From NCBI GenBank assembly GCA_963711835.1, contig CAVQFQ010000004.1, positions 288,001 to 352,000 of the forward strand: a stretch of 64,000 nt of DNA, given 5' to 3'. This document shows positions 57,348 through 64,000 of this stretch, piece after piece. Position 1 is the stretch's first letter, and each line of letters opens with the position of its first letter. Position numbers and translations under genes: made by a program. The stretch is from an uncultured delta proteobacterium. Lineage in GTDB: Bacteria; Desulfobacterota; RBG-13-43-22. The notes under the pieces are model-generated. The model saw only the letters and a list, made by a program, of their open reading frames with translations. It did no database searches and had not been told where the DNA came from.

Positions 57348-59600
57348 ATGGAAGAAGAAAAAAACAAGGAATTGGAACAGGCCAGCCTGTCCGTAGGCGG
57401 CATGAGCTGTGCCGCCTGCGTGGTCCGGGTGGAAAAGGCCCTGGGAGGGCTGGAGGGGGTAGAGAAGGCCGCGGTGAACTTTGCCACCGAAAAGGCCCAG
57501 ATAACCTATGACCCGAAGCGGGTCGACTTGGAAAAATTCAGGCAGGCCATCGAGGAGGCCGGCTACCAGTTTCGGGGAGTGGCCCGGGCCGAGCTTCGGG
57601 ACCAGGAGCGGGAAGAGCGCCAAAAAGAATTAAGCCTGCTCAGAAAAAAATTGGTCTTCAGCATTATCCTGGGCGCGGTGATTATGGTCCTCTCCATGCC
57701 CCACTTCATCCCCTATTTAAAGGACGTTCCCCATCAGATTCTTTTTTACCTCCTGTTTGTTTTGACCACGCCGGTCCAGTTCTGGGCCGGCAGACAATTT
57801 CTAACCGGGGCCTGGGGGGCGGCCCGTCACGGCAGCGCGGATATGAATACCCTGATCGCCGTGGGCACTCTGTCGGCCTATCTCTACTCTACCATAGCAA
57901 CCTTTGCCCCGGCCTTCTTCCATCAAAGCGGCCTCACCCCGACAGTTTATTTCGACAGCGCGGCCATGATCATTGCCTTGATCCTCTTGGGCCGTTTGCT
58001 GGAAGCCCGGGCCAAAGGGCAGACTTCGGAGGCCATTCGAAAATTAATGGGCCTGGCGCCCAAAACAGCCCGGGTGGTCCGGGAGGGCCAGGAAAAGGAT
58101 GTTCCCATAGAAGCGGTTCAGAAAGGCGATCTGATCCGGGTCAGGCCCGGGGAAAAGATCCCCGTGGACGGCCGGATCCGGGAAGGCCATTCGGCCGTCG
58201 ATGAATCCATGCTGACCGGAGAGAGCCTGCCGGTGGACAAGAACCCCGGCGATGAAGTCATCGGGGCCACCTTGAATAAGAGTGGCAGCTTCCTCTTTGA
58301 AGCCACCCGGGTGGGGGAAGAAACGGCCCTGGCCCAGATTATCCGCCTGGTGGAGCAGGCCCAGGGCAGCAAAGCCCCTATCCAGCGCCTGGCCGATAAG
58401 GTGGCCGGCATCTTTGTGCCGGTGGTCATGGGGATCGCCGTGCTGACCTTCCTGGTCTGGTATTTCTGGGGACCTTCCCCGGCTTTTACCTTCAGCCTCT
58501 TGAATTTTGTGGCCGTCATGATCATTGCCTGTCCCTGCGCGCTGGGTCTGGCTACCCCGACGGCCATTATGGTTGGAACCGGCAAAGGGGCCGAGAACGG
58601 CATTCTGATCAAGGGCGGCGAGAGCCTGGAATCGGTTCATCGGTTAACGACCATCGTCTTTGATAAAACCGGCACCCTGACCCGGGGCCAGTTAACGGTA
58701 ACCGACATCGTTCCCGGAAAAAGCGTTTCACCGGAGGAGCTCTTGTCTCTGGCCGCCGGGGTGGAAAGATACTCCGAACATCCCTTGGGGGAAGCCATTG
58801 TGCGCCAGGCTAAAGAAAAGAATCTGGACCTCAAGGGCGTGGAAAATTTTCAGGCCATCGCGGGCCAGGGCGTCAGGGCTGACCTGGAAGGAAAAACCCT
58901 TTGGATCGGCAATCGGCGACTGATGGAAAATCAGGGATTTGATCTTAGCCCTTTTCTGGAATCGGCTGAAGGTTTGGCCGCCCAAGGCAAGACCTTGATG
59001 TTTGCGGCCCGGGAAGGGACGGTCATCGGCCTGCTGGCCCTGGCCGATACCCTGAAGGATTATTCCAAAGAAGCCGTGGCCGACCTGAAACAAATGGGGC
59101 TGGAAGTGATCATGCTGACCGGGGACAACCGGCAGACCGCCCAGGCCATCGGCAGTCAATTGCAGGTTGACCGGGTCATCGCCGAAGTGCTGCCCCAGGA
59201 CAAGACCGAGCAGATCAAAAAACTTCAAGGGGAAGGCAAAAAAGTGGCCATGGTCGGGGACGGCATCAACGATGCGCCGGCCCTGGCCCAGGCCGATGTG
59301 GGGATCGCCATCGGCTCCGGCACCGATGTGGCCATGGAAGCCTCGGACATTACCCTGATCCGGGACGACCTGCGGGTGATTGTAACGGCCATCAAGCTGT
59401 CCAAAAGGACCATTCGAACCATCCGCCAGAATCTTTTCTGGGCCTTTTTTTACAATATCCTGGGCATTCCGATCGCCGCCGGAGTGCTCTATCCCTTCTG
59501 GGGGATCCTGCTCAATCCCATCCTGGCCTCGGCGGCCATGGCCTTCAGCTCCGTGTCCGTGGTCAGCAATTCCCTACGCCTTCGGCGGTTTAAGGCTTGA
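57348..59600 (+). CDS. copA: Copper-exporting P1B-1 ATPase
   Basis: [40 protein letters not shown]. Confidence 0.95.
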   Translation: MEEEKNKELEQASLSVGGMSCAACVVRVEKALGGLEGVEKAAVNFATEKAQITYDPKRVDLEKFRQAIEEAGYQFRGVARAELRDQEREERQKELSLLRKKLVFSIILGAVIMVLSMPHFIPYLKDVPHQILFYLLFVLTTPVQFWAGRQFLTGAWGAARHGSADMNTLIAVGTLSAYLYSTIATFAPAFFHQSGLTPTVYFDSAAMIIALILLGRLLEARAKGQTSEAIRKLMGLAPKTARVVREGQEKDVPIEAVQKGDLIRVRPGEKIPVDGRIREGHSAVDESMLTGESLPVDKNPGDEVIGATLNKSGSFLFEATRVGEETALAQIIRLVEQAQGSKAPIQRLADKVAGIFVPVVMGIAVLTFLVWYFWGPSPAFTFSLLNFVAVMIIACPCALGLATPTAIMVGTGKGAENGILIKGGESLESVHRLTTIVFDKTGTLTRGQLTVTDIVPGKSVSPEELLSLAAGVERYSEHPLGEAIVRQAKEKNLDLKGVENFQAIAGQGVRADLEGKTLWIGNRRLMENQGFDLSPFLESAEGLAAQGKTLMFAAREGTVIGLLALADTLKDYSKEAVADLKQMGLEVIMLTGDNRQTAQAIGSQLQVDRVIAEVLPQDKTEQIKKLQGEGKKVAMVGDGINDAPALAQADVGIAIGSGTDVAMEASDITLIRDDLRVIVTAIKLSKRTIRTIRQNLFWAFFYNILGIPIAAGVLYPFWGILLNPILASAAMAFSSVSVVSNSLRLRRFKA

Positions 59601-59766
59601 TTTGCAGTCAGTTAATTCGAACTTTTAGGCCAATGACCAGCGATCCTGAATTTAAGGCTGTAGAAAAATTGGTTCCCGTGCAATGGATAACCGGCCGGAA
59701 AAAATAATCAGAGTTTTTGCCACCCTTGTCGATTATGACAAATTCGTGTCGAAGAGGTCAAACCCC

Positions 59767-59829
59767 ACCTAACGAGCGCGTCCAGCCAATCGCCGAAAAA
59801 ACCGGCTCTGGCTGACGCCCGTGTTGCGC
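59767..59829 (+). other. Integron attC site
   Basis: ACCTAAC...GCGTcCAGCCA / TGGCTGACGC...GTTGCGC. Confidence 0.75.
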
Positions 59830-59855
59830 GTTGAATAGCCAACCAATAATAACGC

Positions 59856-59884
59856 TTGACAATAATAACGTCTCCCGTTAACAT
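59856..59884 (+). promoter_or_regulatory. higBA sigma70 promoter with operator; probably leaderless mRNA
   Basis: TTGACA-17-TAACAT; inverted repeat TAACG-N5-CGTTA in the spacer; ATG 6 nt after the -10 with no RBS. Confidence 0.7.
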
Positions 59885-59890
59885 CTATTC

Positions 59891-60172
59891 ATGCTAAAGA
59901 GCTTTCGTTGCAAAGAAACTGAGAAGGTCTTTCTACGGCAACGGTCAACTCGATTCCCTACTAATGTTTACCGCATCGCTCTACGGAAGCTACTCTTGCT
60001 TGATGCCGCGGAGAAATTGGAAGACTTACGTATTCCACCAGGGAATCGCTTGGAGAAACTTACAGGCAATCGCCAAGGGCAACATAGCATTCGCATCAAT
60101 GACCAGTGGCGTATCTGTTTTCGCTGGTCAGAGGGGGATGCCTATGAAGTTGAAATCGTAGATTACCATTAG
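59891..60172 (+). CDS. higB: HigB/RelE-family toxin
   Basis: MLKSFRCKETEK, DLRIPPGNRLEKL.G.R.GQHSIRINDQWRICF, VEIVDYH. Confidence 0.92.
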   Translation: MLKSFRCKETEKVFLRQRSTRFPTNVYRIALRKLLLLDAAEKLEDLRIPPGNRLEKLTGNRQGQHSIRINDQWRICFRWSEGDAYEVEIVDYH

Positions 60173-60184
60173 GAGGTCATCACT

Positions 60185-60493
60185 ATGAAGACAAAAATAC
60201 TCGCGCCTATCCACCCAGGTGAAATTCTTATGGAAGAATTTTTGAAACCGCTGGGGATCAGTCAGTATAAATTGGCTAAAAACATCAATGTCCCAGCCCG
60301 TCGTATAAACGAGATCGTTCATGGCAAACGTTCCATTAGTGCCGATACGGCTTTGAGGCTATCTCGTTATTTTAACCTTTCAGAACGGTTTTGGTTGAAC
60401 CTCCAGGCACGATACGATCTAGAGATGGAAAAGGACAAATTTAAGGGGCGCATCGAATCTGAGGTAAAAGTACTTGAACTGCAAAGCGCCTAA
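60185..60493 (+). CDS. higA: HigA antitoxin
   Basis: PIHPGEILMEEFLKP, RRINEIVHGKRSISADTALRL, FWLNLQ.RYDL. Confidence 0.92.
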   Translation: MKTKILAPIHPGEILMEEFLKPLGISQYKLAKNINVPARRINEIVHGKRSISADTALRLSRYFNLSERFWLNLQARYDLEMEKDKFKGRIESEVKVLELQSA

Positions 60494-60552
60494 CGAGTCG
60501 CTCAAGAGGAATGCGGCAAAAAGCCGCCGCTCCCCTTAGCCTTGTCTTATAT
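60488..60552 (+). other. Integron attC site (right core mutated)
   Basis: GCCTAAC contains the higA stop codon; GCTcAAGAGGA...TCCCCTTAGC stem; CTTATAT in place of GTTRRRY. Confidence 0.65.
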
Positions 60553-60570
60553 GACGAGGAGGTTGTCCAA

Positions 60571-60717
60571 ATGGACACATTTATAAGCTATTCATCTGAC
60601 ATCAAGAAAACGGCTGGAAAAGTAAAGGCTTTCCTGGCTACCTACGGATTCAATTGTTTCTTAGCTCACGAGGATATCCCACCCCAGACTGTCTGGCCAG
60701 CTGAAATCCTGGGGTGA
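60571..60717 (+). pseudogene. TIR-domain protein, truncated after ~47 aa
   Basis: MDTFISYSSD....AGKVK..L..YGF.CFLAHEDIPP...WP.EI then family D sequence. Confidence 0.75.
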
Positions 60718-60825
60718 CCGATGGGCGGGTCTGTCGAGGTCCCGCAAACAAAATCATGGAATAGACACAAAGGCGTTACTATAAATAGCGGGCTATATCC
60801 CATGCACGTTCTGCACGAACGTCCC
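60706..60825 (+). repeat. Family D element, right part
   Basis: GGGGTGAC...TCCCGCAAACAAAATCA...TAGACAC.AAGGCGTTA...CTGCACGAACGTCCC; last 15 bp are the exact reverse complement of 33368-33382. Confidence 0.85.
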
Positions 60826-60854
60826 TTTTTTCATGGAAATGGAGGTATTGAAAA

Positions 60855-62036
60855 TTGATGAAAAAAAAATTCACTTTCCCCTGTTATTTTTTTAAGACAA
60901 ATTATGCCGGTATAATAAGCGAGAGGGTAACGATTTTATTATTAACAATAGTATTAATATTATCATCTTCGATACCATTACCTTTTATTAGTCCCGTTAA
61001 TGTCCATGCCGAAGTTTCTTTTGTCAAGCTACCCGATCCGGCATCCTTACCGCCGGACCCTGGAGTTGGCGTCGCCTTCAGTCCCGATTCCCAATACATG
61101 GCAGTAGCCCATTTTACTTATACTACCTCCACCAATATCACCATATACAAGAGAAGCGGCGATACATTCACCAAGCTGCCCGACCCCTCGGATCTGCCCG
61201 CTGGCAATGGACTTGGTGTGGCCTTCAGCCCCGACTCCACCTATCTGGCGTTGGCTCATGCCGAGAGCCCCTTTGTTACCATATTCAAAAGGAGTGGTGA
61301 TACATTCACCAAGCTGACCAACCCCATGGACATACTGCCGGATGGCTATGGGTATGGAATTGCCTTTAGCCCCAACTCCGCCTACCTGGCGGTAATTCCC
61401 TGGAACGGTACCTATATAAATATTTACAAGATTGGGGCCGGAGACACATTCACCAAATTGATTAACCAGCCAGATATACTGCCTAGTTCCAATGGACGTT
61501 ACATAGCTTTTAGTCACGACTCCACGTATATGGCGGTAACCCTTGAGAGCAATCCCAATATCACCATGTACAAAAGGGCCGGTGATTCCTTTACCAGACT
61601 GCCCATACCGGCACTGGGCGGTCGTGGACAAGGTGTAACCTTTAACCACGATTCCATCTACCTGGCAGTAGGAAGTGATAGTGAATATGGTAGTCCCGTG
61701 ATTACTGTATACAAGAGAGACGGCGACTCCTTCACCACGCTGCCCGGTCCGGCATATCAGCCTCCTGGCACTGTTGAGGGTGTTTCTTTTAACCCCGACT
61801 CCAGCTATTTGGCAGCTTCACATAGTGGCATACCTTCTATCTCTATATACAAAAGAAGTGGAGACACCTTCACCAAGTTGGCAGACCCGGCGGGGTCATT
61901 GACCTCTAACACCGGAACTGGCATAGCCTTCAGTCCTTTATCTCAGTACCTGGCAGTGGCTCTATATTTCACCCCATATATCAACATATACAAATACTAT
62001 GTTGAGATGTTTCTCCCGCTGGTTCTCAGGAATTGA
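60855..62036 (+). CDS. Secreted beta-propeller repeat protein with C-terminal FLPLVLRN motif
   Basis: About 7 repeats of ~46 aa (YKRSGDTFTKL.DP..LP...G.GVAFSPDS.YLA); N-terminal hydrophobic segment. Confidence 0.8.
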   Translation: MMKKKFTFPCYFFKTNYAGIISERVTILLLTIVLILSSSIPLPFISPVNVHAEVSFVKLPDPASLPPDPGVGVAFSPDSQYMAVAHFTYTTSTNITIYKRSGDTFTKLPDPSDLPAGNGLGVAFSPDSTYLALAHAESPFVTIFKRSGDTFTKLTNPMDILPDGYGYGIAFSPNSAYLAVIPWNGTYINIYKIGAGDTFTKLINQPDILPSSNGRYIAFSHDSTYMAVTLESNPNITMYKRAGDSFTRLPIPALGGRGQGVTFNHDSIYLAVGSDSEYGSPVITVYKRDGDSFTTLPGPAYQPPGTVEGVSFNPDSSYLAASHSGIPSISIYKRSGDTFTKLADPAGSLTSNTGTGIAFSPLSQYLAVALYFTPYINIYKYYVEMFLPLVLRN

Positions 62037-62118
62037 GCGAGTGATTTAGGCAAAACTGCTGATATCAGTAAAGCTGATCTGCATCGACCTCGTTGAATGA
62101 TAGAGAAGGAGGATTGCC

Positions 62119-62892
62119 ATGAGTGAATACCGAGGGGTTGCCATCGTGACCGGATCATCAAGGGGGGTTGGGTCGGCAACGGCAAGATTGCTTGCCAAGG
62201 AAGGCTTTGATGTCGTCGTAAATTATTCGAAGAGCGAAGGAGGAGCGAAGGAAACGATTGCCGCCTGCGAAGCCCTTGGAGCAAAGACCCTGCTCTGTCA
62301 GGCAGATGTCTCGCAGGACGCTGATTGTCGCCGCATGGTCGCGGAAGTGGTAAAAAAGTGGGGAGGCGTTGATGCCCTGGTGAACAACGCCGGGATCACG
62401 AAATTCTGTGCTGCTGATAATCTCGAAGGTCTCAGCAAGGAGGATTTTCTCAATATATATGCCGTCAATCTGGTTGGCCCTTATCAGATGATAAGGGCGG
62501 TAGCCCCCCACATGAAAGAGAAGGGGAAAGGGGTTGTCGTCAATGTCGCATCCGTCGCCGGGGTGACTGCGATCGGAAGTTCAGTTGCCTATGTCGCCTC
62601 GAAGGCAGCCCTGATCGCCATGACGAAAGCCCTTGCCCGGGCCCTCGGCCCGGAAATCCGCATAAACGCCGTCTGCCCGGGTTTCATCCAGGGTGAATGG
62701 CTGAAGGAGGGCATGGGCGAGGCGTTCTATGAGACTGTAAAGAATTACCTGGAAAGCACCTTACCGTTACGCGCCACATGTACATCGGAGAAGGTAGCGG
62801 AAGCCATCTTCTTTTTTATACGGGGAGCCGATCTCGTCACCGGTGAAACCCTGCTCTTCGACGGTGGTCAACACCTGGGAAAGCTTATGTAG
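62119..62892 (+). CDS. SDR oxidoreductase
   Basis: TGSSRGVG, NNAG, GSSVAYVASK, DGG. Confidence 0.9.
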   Translation: MSEYRGVAIVTGSSRGVGSATARLLAKEGFDVVVNYSKSEGGAKETIAACEALGAKTLLCQADVSQDADCRRMVAEVVKKWGGVDALVNNAGITKFCAADNLEGLSKEDFLNIYAVNLVGPYQMIRAVAPHMKEKGKGVVVNVASVAGVTAIGSSVAYVASKAALIAMTKALARALGPEIRINAVCPGFIQGEWLKEGMGEAFYETVKNYLESTLPLRATCTSEKVAEAIFFFIRGADLVTGETLLFDGGQHLGKLM

Positions 62893-62902
62893 AAAATAAT
62901 AG

Positions 62903-62943
62903 GGGACATTCGTGCAGGGATTGCTTGGGAGCCTATAAGAAAT
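62903..62943 (+). repeat. Family D element, left part
   Basis: GGGACATTCGTGCAGGGATTGCTTGGGAGCCTATAAGAAAT. Confidence 0.8.
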
Positions 62944-63005
62944 GTTCACATGGCAAGTGCTGCGGCTGCGTTGCTGGCCTTGCTATCTGAATGGAAATAG
63001 AAGAC

Positions 63006-63070
63006 CGATAACCAGCGGTTGCACCGGATCGGCCATGAAGCGGGCCTCCCGGCGACCCGCGATGTTGAGC
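63006..63070 (+). other. Integron attC site
   Basis: CGATAAC...GCGGTTgCACCGG / CCGGCGACCCGC...GTTGAGC, just after the 3' end of a truncated ORF (...ALLSEWK*). Confidence 0.7.
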
Positions 63071-63118
63071 TCAAGACGGATTGGGTTCACCTGCCCTCGT
63101 TGCTGGTCAGGTTTACTA

Positions 63119-63156
63119 TTGACATCGCCTGGTGCTACACGTATAGTACACGTATA
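63119..63156 (+). promoter_or_regulatory. TA operon sigma70 promoter with tandem operator
   Basis: TTGACA-17-TATAGT; TACACGTATA twice (63136-63145, 63147-63156). Confidence 0.75.
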
Positions 63157-63168
63157 AGGAGGCATGCG

Positions 63169-63399
63169 ATGCAGAAAAAGCTAACCATAACCGTGGATGA
63201 AGTAGTCTATGAGGGGCTCCACAAGACAATCGGTCCTCGCAAAATAAGCAAGTTCATTCAGGAATTGGTCCGGCCTCACGTCATACGGCCCGATCTCGAG
63301 TCGGCTTATGCCGAAATGGCTAAGGACAAGAAGCGGGAGAAAGAGGCCATGGAATGGGCTGAGGTTACCTTCAAGGACATAGTTCATGAAAAGGTGTGA
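63169..63399 (+). CDS. Antitoxin (ribbon-helix-helix-like)
   Basis: [16 protein letters not shown]...IG.RKISKFI, YAEMA.D..RE.EA.EW; AAGGAGG RBS; overlaps the toxin gene. Confidence 0.8.
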   Translation: MQKKLTITVDEVVYEGLHKTIGPRKISKFIQELVRPHVIRPDLESAYAEMAKDKKREKEAMEWAEVTFKDIVHEKV

Positions 63400-63709
63400 G
63401 GTTTGGTGGGTTAACTTTGACCCTTCAATTGGTGGTGAGATCAGAAAGAAGCGGCCTGCCGTAATTGTAAGTAATGACACGTCTAATAGGTTCCTTAACC
63501 GAGTTCAGGTCGTCCCTCTAACCAGTAATGTAGATCGCCTCTATCCCAGCGAGGCAGCGGTCGTCTTTGAAGGGAAAGAAAGCAAGGCTATGGCAGATCA
63601 GTTGGCGACTGTTAGCAAGGAAAGGCTTTTCCAACGAGCCGGCGTTCTGTCCCAGAAGGATATGTGTAAGATCGAGGAAGCCATCAAGGTCCAACTGGAT
63701 ATTCATTAG
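63386..63709 (+). CDS. PemK/MazF family toxin
   Basis: [43 protein letters not shown]. Confidence 0.92.
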   Translation: MKRCEVWWVNFDPSIGGEIRKKRPAVIVSNDTSNRFLNRVQVVPLTSNVDRLYPSEAAVVFEGKESKAMADQLATVSKERLFQRAGVLSQKDMCKIEEAIKVQLDIH

Positions 63710-63722
63710 AAAACCGTAAAAG

Positions 63723-63868
63723 GGCACGTTGGTGCAGGAAGTGCTTGCGGGCTTATAGGGAATAGTTAATTGCCAACCATGCCAAAGTGAGCAAGGTTAA
63801 ACACTTCGTGGGGGCCATGGGACAGGTTGAGAGGCGTGTTATCCCGGGGTGACCGATGGGCGTTTCGA
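63723..63868 (+). repeat. Family D element, left ~60%
   Basis: GGCACGTTGGTGCAG...CATGCCAAAG...GCCATGGGAC...TATCCCGGGGTGAC; bridges the two halves at 36243-36340 and 36965-37108. Confidence 0.8.
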
Positions 63869-63918
63869 CCCAACAAACTCGTGGCAGGGGTCAACGCCGC
63901 ATTATGCGAGGATGAGGA

Positions 63919-64000
63919 ATGGAATTCGACAAAATCAACCTTTTGGAAAAGTTCGCAAAGCTGCCCGCTGGCGACTATGCAGTGGGGCTGATCGCCAAGA
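63919..64000 (+). CDS. Partial CDS running off the window (possibly cupin-like)
   Basis: MEFDKINLLEKFAKLPAGDYAVGLIAK after GAGG RBS. Confidence 0.5.
   Translation, partial: MEFDKINLLEKFAKLPAGDYAVGLIAK

Noticed and set aside
61020-61990. CRISPR or DGR-like nucleotide repeats
   Set aside because: The ~138-bp periodicity is fully explained by protein beta-propeller repeats; no reverse transcriptase in the window
1-64000. rRNA, tRNA, intact transposase, integrase or prophage genes
   Set aside because: None recognised by eye; tRNAscan-SE and Rfam could not be run

Overview
64-kb window from a bacterium whose gene content resembles Desulfobacterota (anaerobic 'Deltaproteobacteria'); the taxon is inferred. 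(1) 0.4-20.4 kb is an anaerobic aromatic-catabolism cluster. A putative sigma54-driven operon is bracketed by the two halves of a split PEP-synthase/phenylphosphate-synthase-like kinase. Between them lie an Amidohydro_2 (de)carboxylase-like enzyme, a HAD hydrolase, an unknown protein, a short Cys-cluster old yellow enzyme, a DhbE-like aryl-acid ligase, a BadH-like SDR, an acyl-CoA dehydrogenase and a Liv-type ABC transporter. A gamma-CA/PaaY-like gene and the benzoyl-CoA pathway genes had/oah follow; no UbiD-type carboxylase is in the window. (2) 22-38 kb and 59.7-64 kb are accessory mosaics of mostly co-oriented short genes, toxin-antitoxin modules, gene fragments and integron attC sites (no integrase). 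Two families of non-autonomous terminal-inverted-repeat elements (a RAYT/Y1-transposase derivative and a ~240-bp GGGACGTTCGTGCAG...CTGCACGAACGTCCC element) sit at cargo boundaries like cassette separators. A UGA-recoded DsbA-like selenoprotein with a SECIS-like hairpin is hidden at 25961. (3) 38-59.6 kb is largely housekeeping: racemase + D-cysteine desulfhydrase family, era, larC, lon, liv transporter, murU/amgK-like, der, copA. Several palindromic/short-repeat intergenic element families occur, one inserted in frame in a CDS. Several single-base frameshifts look like assembly errors.
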